Assembly: GCF_036321535.1 (NCBI RefSeq)
Contig: NC_087447.1
Coordinates: 45,324,001 to 45,388,000 of the forward strand
DNA length: 64,000 bases
Origin: Camelus dromedarius
Lineage: Eukaryota
Direction of reading: 5' to 3'
In this document: one piece after another, positions 11,101 through 25,352 of the stretch
Layout of the letters: each line of letters begins with the position of its first letter
Position numbering within the stretch: position 1 is the stretch's first letter
Translations under genes and position numbers: made by a program
The notes under the pieces: generated by a model
What the model was told of the DNA's origin: nothing
What the model saw: only the letters and a program-made list of their open reading frames with translations
Databases searched by the model: none

Positions 11101-13250
11101 CATCAGAAATGGGACCACATGAGGCTACAGGCAAGCCTCTTCAGATCAAAGCCCAAACCAAGAGCCTTAATTAAAAAACCTCTCAAACCCAGGAAGGCTC
11201 CTCAAAAGTGTTTGTAAATAGATGGCCAAATGGGAGGCCATCGGTTGGACTAAACTGACCATCGCTGATATTCGGAGCCTAATAAACATTTTTTTGGAAA
11301 AGTCTCCCCTAAGCTAAATGAGAAAAAACAAAACTGTCTTTGTTTTACAAATCTAGTCTTTACAGGACCAGAGGTGTGGCTCCAAAACTGATACAAAGCC
11401 CACCGACCCTTCTACCACTCCCCAAACCTCCCCTATGTATTTACCTTAAGAGGCAAGTATTTTAAAAAAAGATGTTTTTTTCTGGCCTTTGAAAAACAAA
11501 GTCTTTCTAGGAAAAACTTGCCTTTGAGATACAAATATTCTACCTTGTCTTCTCCAGGAACTCTGATCTCACCATCTTTTTAAAATGCAAATTTCAAAAA
11601 AGGGGGGTGGGGAGGGATAAATAATTTGGAACTTAATTTGTAAAGGACAAGTAAAAATTTTATCTCTTTTTCATAAATATTAGTAAAGAGGCTTAGCCAT
11701 CTAGATGGGCAACTTTGATTTGTTCTATCTGCCAAAAACCCCAGTTTAAATCCAACCTCTTTTGGAGCCAATGGGTTTTACTCTGTTATATCTGATTCAT
11801 GACTGAAATTTAAAAATGGAAACTATAAGGTGTCTGGTTTGTGTGTCATAGACGTATGGTATCGGCACAGTTAAATGGTAAAAGAGCTCTTTAATTGGCT
11901 GAAAGGAGATTAAGTACTTATATAAATACTCAAACATAGAGAAAACTGGCCAAAATAAATTTCAGGTTCACGTTATCCAAAAAGGATTCAGTGCTGGTAT
12001 TGGTATTGAAGCCAGCTTAAGCTCGTTGGTTTAATTAACATAAACTTGTCTTTAGAGACAACAGTGTTAAGTATAATACTTCGGTTGTGCCCAGGCTTAT
12101 AGAGGTCAAGCAAAACTTTATTATATCTGTTACAAATTTGTCAACAAAAAAAGTAACTCAATGTAAAAAAACTTTCAAAAAGTAAACAAAATAAGAGATC
12201 TGGGGTAAATTCTATAGGAGTTTTCTTTTGAAAGTATCTACCTAAAATTATCTTTCCAAATTTTGGTACTTAAAACTTAAAACTAAGTTAAAAAGTTCAC
12301 TGACTACCTATGTCATTTATAAAACATTAAAACATTAATTGATGGGCAGATCTAAGTTTATCTACCTTTGCCTTAGGAAAAAAAAAAAAAACACTAAAGT
12401 GTAAGTTTCTAGTCAGGAAACGGTGATATGATAACCAATTCACAGTTGCTTGCTTCTTGGTTTTTGCCAGAGATTCATGGTTTTTGAGGGTTAAAATAAT
12501 AATACATGTAGTTAAAGCTCCTAAAATAAGTATTTCAGTATACAGTGGGAAAGTAAGATGTATGTTTCAGTAAGAGTTTCGTAAAAAAAAAAACTACGGA
12601 AAAAAACAAAGAGTTTTCATACATAATCAGGATTTTAAAAATCTAACAAATTCATAAAGTTCTTTGTAGCCCCAGGTAACTTTAAGATGCTTTAAAGAAA
12701 ACTTGAGACATCTCAGATATTAAGCTAACTAGGATTATTTAATATGTTAAATTAAATATAATCAGTCATAATTCTAGTCATTACAAACAAATCTCTATCA
12801 ATTACAGGTGTTTAACCATGCCTTTTAAATCTTTTTGTTGTTACAGAATGTCAAGTTGTTACAAAGGTGCTTCATCTTTAAAAACAATTCATCAGAAGTC
12901 AATGGAAACAGTGGGTTACAACAGTCCCAGTCAAATGATGGCCCATACCCTCAGCACTCTGGACACAAAAACAAAAGGCTGTCCTGCCCCTGGGGCCCCA
13001 AGATTAGGCATTCAGAGGCTTTTTACTCCCTGATAGGCAGGGTCAATGCTCCTACTCAGCCTGGAAGTGGTTTCAGAAGACGACCATCATCCCTCTACAA
13101 CCCCTTAAGAAGATTATGGGAGTAAAATCTCTGAGATGGGGATGAGACAGGAAGGGGGCAGGGCACAGCCATTCAAGGAATAACACAGCAATTAACACCA
13201 GAATGGCGAAAGAATCAACCCCCAGTAGGCCTTGAGGCTCAAAATGGTCT
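11100..13250 (+). mobile_element. Non-coding ERV1 internal sequence (MER4-int-like) ending in PPT and truncated 3' LTR
   Basis: AT-rich internal sequence, then ...CAGCCTGGAAGTGGTTTCAGAAGACG...GAGATGGGGA followed by TGAGACAGG at 13143. The LTR-like sequence stops near 13250. Confidence 0.55.
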
Positions 13251-14289
13251 TTCACTTTATATTTAACATGTATGAAGTATAAATATTATGTTATATTTAT
13301 ATCATAGACATACTTAAGGTATGGAAATTTTTAAAGAACTCAATTATTACTGGTTTATGTGATCTTAAAGATTTTCTTTATCAGATTTTATTTTTTATTA
13401 GTAAAAATAAGATGTAAAAAATGTTTCATAGAGTTTTATTGAGGAATAATAAATATAAATCTTCTAATAGGGCGGCACGTGGCTCATAGTGGCTGCTAAA
13501 AACCACTGCTGATGGATTTTTACTGACTGTTAATCATCATTTTGTGCCGACTACCCCACACGCATGCACATACATATCGTCTTCTATCATGTTGGCCCCA
13601 GGCTGTGCTAGATGATAAGTAGGTGCTTAGGTTACACTTGTGAATGAGTGAATACCTGCCTTTAAAGACTCCATTCTCCCAGTATGTCTAGGCTTAGATC
13701 CTGGTCATACAGCCACGTGCATTTTGATAGCCCAAACACCCTAGCACAGATTCTACTCCACAGGCACCTAGCAAGTGTTAGTTAATGGGTATCTGTCTAA
13801 TCTGGTCCACACGACTGACCCACAATGTAGGCTTCTTGGACGTCTGCACTAGATCTGTGAGGGCCACAAGGAAGGTAAAAAATTCTGAGTAGATGCGTCC
13901 AACATTCACAGAAGAGAGTTCCTCTAAATCCTCATGAGAACATGCAGATTCAACATTCTTACTCCCTAGAACACATTGGCCTACAGAGGAAAGCCATCAC
14001 CAGCTCTATAAGTTTGATTCTTCCTATTTCTAAGCATAACACCTTAAGTCACTCAGTCTCTGGGAATCTCAAAATCTTCTGATAAATAGAACTAAAACCT
14101 CTACTAGGTTCTGCTTTCTCACAGGGTCCTTAAGAGAACAGAATATCAGTCTTTACATTAGAATATTGTACATACTATCAAGCATTGTGCTTGTAAGCAA
14201 GTTTTCACTAAGTCCTCACCTTTTTTGGCAGACCAGACTAGGTTTCTTCTCACTCCAAGTATCAAATTATCCCATTTTCACAAAATGTC

Positions 14290-14520
14290 TAATAATAAAA
14301 ATAGCAGTCATAATAACAGCTAAAACTTCTGCAGTATTTACTATGGGCCAGGAACTATTAGATGCATTACATATATGAATACATTTAATCATTAAAATAG
14401 TCCAACACACTAAACAGACCAAAGCACAGATGGATGAAAAGATTTGCAAAAGAGCACACAGCCAGTTAGTAGAAGGTGGCATTCTAAACCAGACTGTTAA
14501 GTCCAAAACTACTGCACTAG
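14290..14520. mobile_element. MIR SINE remnant
   Basis: ATAATAACAGCTAAAAC...TACTATGGGCCAGGAACT...ACAGATGGATGAAA...CACACAGCCAGTTAGTAG, a degenerate MIR core. Confidence 0.55.
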
Positions 14521-15160
14521 CGTATATACAGAGAAGCATGAAACAACGAGTTTCTAGAAAGCTAGAGCAGTCGTAACTGGCTTACCCATGCTGGGCCACA
14601 GTTAAGTGGTTGAAGATGCAACAAATCTGAATTGAGCTGGAGGGCTCAGATGCAAAGGGCCAACAAAAGACTGGATTACTTGTGAGGTGCAATTGGAAGA
14701 GGGGTAGTTTCGCTTTGGTAGAAGTAAAACTTTGAAGAATGTCTGGCTCCTTACTAACTGCTGGGTAAGGACCAGGAAACACTTAGACTTGGTCAAGGTT
14801 AGGATGTGAGACGTTAGATGATAAAAATAGGCACAGGGAGAATGCTTAAGGAAAGAATACCTTGGAATGCATGGATTGTGCCAGTGCCTCTATGGTGATG
14901 GACCAGCACGTTGAAAACACCGTTTTTCATTTTAACTTCAAAAATCTCTCTTAACAATGGGTTTATTCGAGTTAACAATGCAAGAACTAAAGCCTAGTGG
15001 TTCAAGGACTTTGCAAGTTCACATGCCTGTATACAGCAGAGATCCTTTTCCACCTGAGCCATATTGAGACTTTAGAGACTGTCTTCTGCCCTGTTCCTAG
15101 AGGCCTTTCTCCTGGTTCGTTCACTGTAGGCAGAGATGGCAGTATTTGCAAAGTTTGGGA

Positions 15161-15331
15161 GGGGCGTGGTTGTAGACCCTCAGTCCTGTGTCTAAGAGAT
15201 AAGAGTTCAAGCCCTGGGAGGGGCTAAAAGTTAGGGCCTGTGTCTCATGGCTTAGATAGCACCCTTACCTCAACCCTCCTAACTCTGTGTGCACAGGAAC
15301 TCCTGCTTGGGACTGGACAGGGGTTAGTCAT
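15161..15331. promoter_or_regulatory. Candidate erythroid-type enhancer motif cluster
   Basis: GGGGCGTGG (KLF/Sp, 15161), CTG-N9-GATAA (TAL1-GATA composite, 15186-15202), AGATAG (15254), CACCC (15260), TTAGTCAT (AP-1/NF-E2-like, 15324), all within 170 bp. Confidence 0.45.
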
Positions 15332-18289
15332 AGGTGAAGAATTATTTTCCTGCCATTTATGAGCTCTTGCATTACCAACTGGCCCACAACCATAGCTGAC
15401 TTCCTCTAACCAACGTCCAACTGCTCCCAACAGTCCTTCGACTTGTATGTTTCCCAGTGCTGGTGATGGTCCTGGTTCCCCGCCTTCCATCCTAAATTCA
15501 CGCTTCTATAGCCACATTCAGACTCCTCAGATCCCCCAGAGAGGCAGGTAGAGGTCCTCTATGAATGGTTAGGGACATAAACTTCATCCTGCCATCAGGC
15601 CAACATATATTGAGCATCTATGATGTGCTGGAGAATGTTGATTTAAGTGGAGATGATGTCTGAATCATAGCCCCTGCCCTCAAAGTTTATTGCTAAAGAC
15701 ATTAAAAAAAAAAAAAAAAACTGTATAATTTAAATGTATCAGATTGTGCTGTATAAAATCAAGCGCATTTTTATTGCAATGTTAAGTCTCACCAGGGCCT
15801 CAGTTCCCCTGGAATGGTGTCAAGCCAGCACAGAGTCACTTCCAGAGCCCTGTCAGGGCAACAAGATGACATGTGTATCTCACTGATGTGTTAATTTGTT
15901 AATACACTTTATGGAAGGACTTCCTTAGGGTAATAAACCATGTCCACTCCTCTGACTAGAGAAGGTGGCTGCTGACTGGGAAGTCAAAATACACTGGGCT
16001 GTTATTTATTCTATCTGTATCTAAATGCATCTCTTCGCAGCATTTTTTACCGTGTGCTTACCTCAGGGGAGGAGGGGTAAGATCACTTCGATGCCTTGTT
16101 GCCAGGCTGGAACCAGCCTAGCATTGTTTTGTCTTTGGCATCTCTGTATGCTCTAACCCCATGGTTTCCGTAGATGGCAAACACCAACGATATTCTCATA
16201 ACACTGATCTCAAGGCACTGAACCTGTCGCTGGGTGACCTCTAATCCCTCAGGTTCACTAGATACTTCCACAAACTCATGGTGTAATAAAGACCTTATTT
16301 TAAGGTCTGGCCCAGTTCATGGCCCTAGTGCTCCAAACGTCTACAGCATACGTCACCAGACAAAAAAAGAAATGTTCTTTGGCAGCTGCAATAAACCACC
16401 ACTTGAAGTCAAGGTTATTACCAGCATTATTAAAGACATTCTTGGTTTTACGGTCTTTTCTTTGCCCTGTGCTGAGTGGGCTGCTGTGGCAAAGAGGAGA
16501 AACAGTGGTAGTTGCATGGACAACACTCTATAGTCTACTGTGTATTTCCTTTTCTCTTTTTTTCTTTTCGTGGGTATCCAGCAGCTCTTAGGAAAACATG
16601 GAGACCACAATGATTGAAAATTGTTCACTAAAAATCAACCTTTCACATATCCACATTTAAAATGAAAATTCATCAGTGGAAACTCAGGAAAGCTGAAAAA
16701 GATGCCCTATGAGCTTGGCTTCAGGATGCTCAGAACACATGCTCAGGAAAAAACAGGTAGACCCTGCACACAGCGGGCTTTGGTTGTTCACTTTTGGAGT
16801 CTCCTGTCACAATGGGTAGACAAACAGCTTAGAGGGGTGCCCCAGAGTGGCAGGAATATCCAGACATGTACATGGAGATGTGGGAACAAGAGGAATAGAA
16901 AGGCACGGAAACATCATCCACCCTTAGTTTATTACTTTGTGTAATAAAGAACATTTTAATAAGCTCCGACTCTATTCAAAGCATTGTGCTTAGAATGAGT
17001 ATCATAGTCCACAGGGAAAGGGGAGAGAGAGATACGGAAGAGGGAGCTTCAAGTGTGACAGGCATTTCTTAACAGAAAGAAACGCCAGTCTCACGGGCCT
17101 GTCAGTACGTGACACATTACACGGCTCGTAAAATGCACCAGAGCATTTGCCATAGCCCCACTTTTGCATATTGGGCTTGCCTCCCTATTACCCTAAATTC
17201 CAATGATTCTGTGATGTTCTTCTCCTTTAGTGATCAAGGGCAAAGGATTTTGCAAAGGTCAGAAGTTCACCTGTGTCTAGACAGAACCAAGGGACCTGAT
17301 TTCATCCCTCTTCAAGGAAATGCACTGCCCTGGGTGGCCTGCACAAGGCTTGTTGAACCCTGGCATCTTAGTCTTCCCACTTCCTGTATTGAATCTATAA
17401 CCACCGTTGCTGCCGCCATTGAGAATGGGATCTTACCTGGCCGAGAGGTCCTCTTCACCTGGTGTGTGGGTGACACCTACACCTACAGCCTGCTGTGAAA
17501 GCCTTTTCTCCAGCCCAGGACTTCTTTCACACCTAGTACAAGTATCTCCTTTTTCTTTCTTTCCCAGCTAATTACACACATACTTTACCCTTTATGGCAT
17601 GAGGAATACATGCCAAGCTCCATTCGTGTCCAGTTCCAACCTGAATTAATTTCCTCTCCAGGCTCTGATTATACATAACTTCTAATAAACTATTTCTCAT
17701 CAAGATTCATAATAAAACTTCTTCCTCTGGACCAAGAATTGACTTACTTCTTTATTTTAATTAACTGTACTGTGTAAAAGCTGAGCATTCGTATTTTAGA
17801 TATACACTGTGCTCAATGGTCATCATTAGAAATTAGCTCAAATAGACGCTGCTTCACTGATGACAATATTCCAGAAAAGGCAACCAACTTTGCACAAGGA
17901 ACAAAAGAAGTGAAAGTCATTGGTTGTGGGAACATCCAGTCCTTAAGGAAAAGACAACTGTAGATGGAATCTGCTGTAAATTTTTTGGACCATGCCACAG
18001 GACATCAGAGCTGCTGTTAGTAGGATAAGAGTATTTGAGTACAAAATGAGTATCAGTTGAGCACATGCTAAGCACCTTGCACTGTGTTTAAGTTTTTACA
18101 CAGCTTACTATACTTCACCCTCATAAAAAAGGGAGCAGCAGAAGAAAGAGTTGTGTCTGAAAGATATTTTTTTGACAGCTGTCCATCTATTTTAATATAT
18201 TTCTTAGAAACTTGTGCCAGTCAAATTATCCTTATGTTTATAATCTCTTAGTCCTTTCCCAGATAGGAAAGTGTAAATGTCACGTTTTT

Positions 18290-18441
18290 TTTTTAATTTA
18301 AAAAAATTTTTAATTTTTTGGGGGGGTAGGTAATAAGGTTTTTTAAAATTTATTTTTATTTTAATGGGGGTACTGGGGATTGAACTCAGGACCTGGTGCA
18401 TGCTAAGAACACATTCTACTACTGAGCTCTACCCTCTCCCC
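18290..18441 (-). mobile_element. tRNA-derived SINE (Vic-1-like, camelid)
   Basis: A box/B box (TAGCTCAGTAGTAG, GAGTTCAATCCCC) and A-rich tail. TSD TGTAAATGTCA(C/T)GTTTTT at 18272-18289 and 18442-18459. Confidence 0.9.
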
Positions 18442-18449
18442 TGTAAATG

Positions 18450-19386
18450 TCATGTTTTTGATGATGGCAGAGAGAATAACTGGAGTATGCTACTGCGAAT
18501 CTGCTTAGTTTTAATGCTTTAGATGACAGGATTCATAAAAGGGGGGGAAAACAAATAGATGTAGCTCATTGTGATGTGTACCAGATGAGGGGCTTTCTTC
18601 CCAAATCTGTGGATGAATGTCAAACCAACCACAGTCACATAGAAGACCAAGATGTAGCAGATGAGGGAGACACAAGTGTTGAGGGCTTTGGCCCTCTCCT
18701 CTCCAAAAGCAACGCTCACAACAGTCTTGAGAGTCATAATATTGGAGCAAAAGATTGTCAGACAGTCCAGTAGGGCCATAGAAAATATCACCACAATAGG
18801 ATACAGATGATTGAAGGTGATGTCAGCACAGGAGTTTTATAACATCCTGATGGAGGCAGAATGCATGAGAGAGGACATGAGATCTGCAACAGGAAAACCA
18901 ATAGAGAGGCAATATTGGGGGCAAGATGAGAACAAATCCCCTCATAAAAATGCCCACCCCAATCTTTATCACTTGAGTGTTGGTAAGAATGGAAGTGCAT
19001 CTCAGAGGGCTGCGCATGGCAATGAACCGATCATAGGCCGTGGCAAGCAAAATTCCAGACTCTGTGATGGAGAGACTATGGATGAAGTAGGCTTGAAGAA
19101 AGCAGGCTCCATGGCTCATTTCTCTGTGACTCATCCACACCATGCACAGCACAGTAGGCATGGTAATCAGGGTCATCCCAAGGCCTGCGGCTGCCAGCAT
19201 GGCTAAGAAATAGTACCTAGGCTCCTGAAGGCTATGGTCATTTCTGAAGAGAAATATGAGAATGCTGTTGCCAAGAAGGATGGAGATGTAGACTACAGAT
19301 AATGGGATGGAGATCCAGTGGTAGGCCTTTTCCAGGCCCACAAATCCAGTCAGCAGGAAGGGTGAGACACTCGTGTTGAGTCCCAT
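18450..19386 (-). pseudogene. OR51B-family olfactory receptor pseudogene (OR51B6-like paralogue)
   Basis: [15 protein letters not shown]...AYDRFIA...[12 protein letters not shown]. Apparent 2-bp deletion frameshift at ~18830, then ADITFN...KALNTCVS...PPFMNPVI. Premature TAA at 18519-18521; natural TGA at 18450-18452. Also missense decay of conserved motifs (EPRYY, LAAAGL, PLRC). Confidence 0.93.
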
Positions 19387-21839
19387 GATGGGCACTATAA
19401 TAGGATAAGGCTTCTCTTAAGGAAACCCTATGTATAGGTCTGTAGGTCTTCAAAAATTTTCCTTTAGTGACTTCTTTTTTTCTGAGTGTAGAGCTTCCCT
19501 GAACTGCAGTGACACCAAAGAAATAAAGCATCCATTCTTGGGAGAGTCTCAGAGATGGAAAGAAGTAACAATAATAGGAACAACAACTATAAATTTAGTA
19601 CCTAGTAAATCTGCCAGGCAACATACTAGGCATGGAGGATACAGTCATGAGTGTGCACAACAGAGTGGGTTCTTGTTCTTGTGAACCTTAAAGCTTTAAA
19701 TAGCTTCAAGGAATAAAAGAGAAATAACACTGATATAAAATAAAATTATGATAGAAGACTTACAGTATTCTACAGGAGCATATAAATAACTTATTTTAAT
19801 AAATCTGGCAAGGTTTGGGAACAGTCAAGGAAGGCTTCCTCAGGGTAATATCTGATAGATGTGTGGGAATCAATCGTGTAAAGAAAGGGAAATATTTGTT
19901 TTTTTCAGAATTTTCTCAGAAGAGAAATTTCTAAGGCAAGAATGAATTGAAAAAATAATGGATATTCAATACAGTTATAAAAATGCAGGTGAGAGCAACA
20001 AATGATTAGACTGCCGAGGTTTGATTTGTTTGAAAAGTCATACAAGAGGGCTAATGTGATAGCTTGTTACCACAGGTAAGGCTCTAAAATCGTTAACCAT
20101 CTGCGCTTTGTAAATACATTTATCAGTGTTGGGATAAACTAGGACATGAGAAATGCCAATATATCATCATAGACATTAAGGAGAATTTTCTAGAGTGAGT
20201 TTATAACATATATGTATAACTCCTCTAAGACCTCTAGACTTTGACTTTTAGAAAACTCCTTAGTTGAGGTCCCAGCTCCTCCAATTTTTAACCATGTAAT
20301 TTTGGGCAAATCCTTTGGACTCTCTCAGCTTACAATCCTCAGCTGGAAATAAATGAGACTAGCCAACTTCGTCTTGTCCTGTGAGGAGTAAATGCAATAT
20401 CATTTCAGAGTTGGTCACTGGCAACACACTGTGCATTTGTAAGGGGTTGGGTTACATTTATTGTAAAGGGCCATTCTGATTCTGTCTGGCAGAGACAGGT
20501 GGGAAGCCATCACACTCAGATATGTTGACTCATTCTGATTTATTCAAAATATTTAGTGGAGAAGAGGTTTAGGATAGTGGGGTTTTAAGAAGGCTTGGGG
20601 TGATAGTGACTGAAGCAAATAGCTAGGATTAGTGAAAGGTTACTGGTGTCTGTTGTGGGGTGGGGAGAAATGAGAAGAGGGGGGCACTTTGGTGAGCACA
20701 GACCAGACCATCTTGAGGCTTGGGCTGCCTATGAGGTTGGGGGCGGGGGCAAACTTGACCTTGGTAGAATTCAGAAGAGAATCAAAAGTATAAAACAGAA
20801 ACAGAAACAAAACAAAGCAAAATAACAACAGGAAGAAACAATATTTTGGCAGGGATGGGTCTCCCTGAGTTGCCTATTTGCACACGTCTAGTCAGTGTTG
20901 TTTCCTATGCCAGGCTGAGGCAGGGGGAAACAGAGAGGGAAGACAGAGATAGAGAGAATAATTGCTTCTTATTACACAACAAACATGGTCTACATGTGTT
21001 GCATATGCCCCCTTACTTTTAACAGAATGCCCACAGAAGTCTTATTTTCCCCATTTTTAAATAACTGATCTGGAAAATGATTAAAAGCACTTCAAAAGGT
21101 CAAAATGCAAGGAAACAGTGGAGTTGTTCTTTTTCTGTACGACATTAGACAAGAGGAATTCCAGAAATTTATAATCTGTTCAGTAGTATCTGTGAGAAAA
21201 TCAGCTTTTTTACCCTCCTCAATTCATTGTGCTAAGCTTTGGGTTTACAAAGGAACAGATAGTAAAACATTATCCCTGGAGTCAAAGGATTTCATTTATA
21301 GTGGAGTAACATATATAAATGTAAAGTTAGAAAATATTCTGCTAGATAAAGAAAAGATAATAAGTGTAATAAATACAAAGTGAAATTTGAGTTAAGAGGA
21401 AGAAGCATCTGAATCTTCTGGGGAGACTTTCACATAGGATGTGCTCTAAGAGGTGAATCTGGAAGGCAAAAGGAGATTCCATGACAAATGCAGAGAACAA
21501 GGGAGAAGAGGGTGATTCATATTCTAGGCTTAGGAAAGAGCATGTTTGAAGGCAGAAAAAAATGTAAGAAAGGCTAAATGTATTGGAAAGCAACAGGATA
21601 TATGCTATTGGGTAATTGGGAAAACTAGATGAGATTCAGTAGTTGTGGTCTTGGTGACAGGAAATTGAGAGGTGCCTTCTCTTTCCTACAGCCTGTTTCA
21701 TGAACAGTGTTAATCATTATTTGCTCAATAAAAAAAAAGTCTTAATATGTCATCTTTCTGTGTTCACACTCAAGGACTAAGCATCTCTGCTTGGTTCAAT
21801 CAAGTAATGAGCATACTTTGTGGAGCTGGGTGGCGATAA

Positions 21840-21890
21840 TGTGTGTGTGTGTGTGTGTCTGTGTATGTGTGTGGGTGTGGGTGGGTGTAT
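21840..21890. repeat. (GT)n microsatellite, imperfect
   Basis: GT dinucleotide run. Confidence 0.9.
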
Positions 21891-24800
21891 CAAGAGGCTA
21901 GGGATTGGAGGAACAGTTAATTGGTGATTATAGTCATGTACTCAATGACATAGTTTGAAACAAAGTCCCATAATTCTAAGACTGTTGACTTATAACCTTG
22001 AAAACTATATCCATCAACTCAAAGGAGGGTCCTTCTCTGGGAAGCCCTTGATCTTATATTGATGGAAAATCTATTTCTCCAAACTAAACATTCTGTTCCA
22101 GAAACTTGCAGTCTTCAGGAGAGACTCTGAGCCTCTCTTCCTCTAAAATTCTTCTCAAGGAGAAACACCAGCCAGACATTTATGTGACAAACTTTACAAC
22201 ATTTGCCTTTCCTTGGGCTCTTTTTCCCACTTGTTTTCAATCTTCATTCCCCCAATCCTTGTTTGCCTTTTAATTTTTCTTCTTATCTTCTGCATTTCTG
22301 ACCTCAACTCTGCTCTCTGACTAGGTAATCTATAACTAACAGTGCTATCTATCCTGATGGATAGTATCCAGTAGACCTCACTTAATCACCGAATTCTCAT
22401 TAGAAGTTTCAGTACATAATGTTTGTTCTTTTCCAAATCCATGGATTGATTATTTGACCTACAGTTACACTAAATTCTTGACCTTCTTACTAGTGACTGT
22501 TGGCTCTGAATGGTCTTCTATCCAAAGCATCCAGCAGAGTTTTCACTTAGGTAGCGTCCCTTGCTGGTAAAAATGGTGACCACCTTCCCCTCCCTCCTCC
22601 AACCCAACACCAGGTCCACTCCCTCTCTGTGTGGGTTTTGAGATGCTCAAAATCTGCAGTGCCTATACTTCAACATGGAAGACAATGAACAAAGAAATTC
22701 TCCTCTGCCTTTGGTTTTCAGGATTTGTACATTTATTTCCTGATGGATCCTGGGCTCACCTCTGGAAATACATAGAAATTTAAAGCATGTTTAATGTCAA
22801 ATCCCTCAAAGTGTGTCTTTGCCCTAATCTGAGAATGGTCTACTTGACAATGTTTTCTTTCTGTTCTATACTGTTGGTCATCATAGTGCCTCCTCTCCAT
22901 AGCCTGATTTAGGCTCTTGGGGAGTAAAATCCTGGTGGAACATGCAGGAGCAAAGAGGAAGCTGGTTCAAACAGCTGAAGAGAGAAAGAAAGGGAACAAC
23001 AGCTAATCCATCCCAGAGTCCTGAACCACACCAGAGATATCTGCCGCTATTCCCACAGATGTTCTGCCTTTCTCTTCCCCATCCACCTAGTAGGGAGGGG
23101 AAGGCAGATTTTAAGCATTTTCCTGTTGCAAAAAAATATGAAGAAGAGATTACTCAGAAGACAATTTTTAGGGGAAGCTTTGGGGATATGTTCCTATATC
23201 CCATTACCTCTTGACTGACATACTGCCACCTTCCTCTGTAAGTTCCAATAAACCAACTCTCTACACCTCAACCTACCCTGCCATGCCCTGTTATTTACAC
23301 TTAGCCCTCCAGGACAAGACACACTGGAGCCACTTACTGACCTGTTCATCAGTCCTTTGCTCATCGGTTCCATAGGTGTGACTCTAGCCTGAGCCTGGCC
23401 AAGGTCTTACTTTCAAGATCACCTCTTTAGATCATACCCAGAAGCCAAGCTTCAAGAAGCATTTGTTTCAGCAGGTCCTCGCCAAGGCCCTTTTCTGCCT
23501 CCTCCCTCCTTCTTTCTTCTCATAGCCTTGGGGATTTGAAGCTTTGGTACAGTGGTCCCCCACGTTCTCACCCTATGTTCTGGTTTGGGCACTAGTCTTG
23601 TCACCAGAAAGATGACTAATTTTAAGTATCACATAGAAGCAAGAAAGAAAAGGCTAGTAGGATGGCCTTTTTGAGAACTCCCAGAAATTTACCTCTACAT
23701 TAAGGTATGTGTGACTACAAGTATCCGAGCAGGACATTAAATTGATCTATCAAGAAACTCTACACCCAATCTCTTTTGACTTTACTCTTGAGATGCCACT
23801 GCAACCCCAGAGCTTTGCTCTGTTTCATAGGAAAAACTGAACTTCCCAGTCATTTATTTCTTATGAGCTCTTTCTCTAATGTCTCTATCGTCTCTCTGCA
23901 AGATAAGGAAGGACAGAAAGAGAGAGGAGAGAAATTTTAGGGGTTGCAATCAAATGTACCCATTTGAAGACTTTAGAAAACATGTTGTTATTCTAATACC
24001 ATTTATATTAGTCTACTGTGGCAAGCCCTAGGATTACTGGCCTAAAGATAAAAATCAAGAAAATTTTCCTTTGATTTAGCTTAGATCTCCCTTAATTCAG
24101 TCCCAAGAGCATGAGCAAGGGATGGACTCCTACTGAAAGACTGGTGACCTTATATTTTTGAAGGTATTAAATGAGAATACAATGGAAGATGTCCAACTAC
24201 TTGAAGGTATTACAGGGCATAGTAACAAGACACTCAGAAGTTACACATATTTAGAGATAGAAAACCAAGAGACACACACACAGATATGAGTCACTTTAAG
24301 TTTCATTCATTTTAATCAAAACTATATTTTACTAAAGATGATGCATGTGGTAGTTTCTATAATACAGTAGGGAACAGACCTATGTTATCATTATTCCCCT
24401 GAAATACACAGTCTAGAAGCTATGAAAGAAAAAATATAAATGTCATACTTAATTACAGACATACAGCTGAGTTGAGTAGAAATTAATTAATTAATTAATT
24501 AATTATCAAACAAATAGTCCCTTGAGCTGATCTGATAAAGATCATTTATTAGCCTGGAAGTTGCTAAAGATCTTGTTTCAAGTTTGTTTTCTCCATATTA
24601 GGACTAACTCATCAAGACAATGATCATCTGGATGAGGAATTATATTTCTATTTAGTAGTAGTTGTAGTAAAAATAACAGCATAGATATAATTATATCTGT
24701 TATATTACTTACATATATTTTAATGAAAAATAATATTATTTAATAAATGTTTATCAAAATTTTAACTGAACAGATTTAGATATACTTAAATGTACTTTCT

Positions 24801-25352
24801 CCAGAGTTGTCATATTGAACTGAGAACAGGGTAAGGCTCATTGCTTTACTTAGTGCAGTTTTCTAGAAACAGCAATTAGCTCCATATAAGCAAAAAATAA
24901 AAACAAAAACAAAACTGGATACAAGTCTGAAGACAAGAGTGTGCTATTTTTAGGTATATCAAAGCCAATACATGCAGAACATAGTGAAAAAACAATGAGC
25001 TTTGACTTAAATACTGGTGACCCTTACCATAAATCCAAGAATCATATAATAGGCACCAGAGGCTCACCAAACAGGGTGATTACCTGGGAAAACAGCAAAC
25101 ACTTGGACACGAGATTAGTGTTGTATATATATTATGTAATATACAACTCAGCTACAAATGGGCAGAGTGAGATGATGTTCTATTATTGTATTATTTTAAT
25201 TTCTTTTTATTTTGGGGGGAGGAGGAGATGATGTTCTAAATAGCACAAATGTTGGCTTCCATTAACATGGCTTTCCCTAGTTGCTCCCACCAACAGAGCT
25301 GTCAGCTTGTCCAGGTTCCCTGAATTATTCTTCAGAGAGCAGTGAGTCAAAG

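Noticed and set aside
15531..15547. Second possible CTCF motif CCCCCAGAGAGGCAG
   Set aside because: Weak match to the core and no upstream module
1..17800. Beta-globin LCR HS1-5 or globin genes
   Set aside because: No globin exons and no tandem NF-E2 HS2 core seen; OR order and orientation place the LCR beyond the right end
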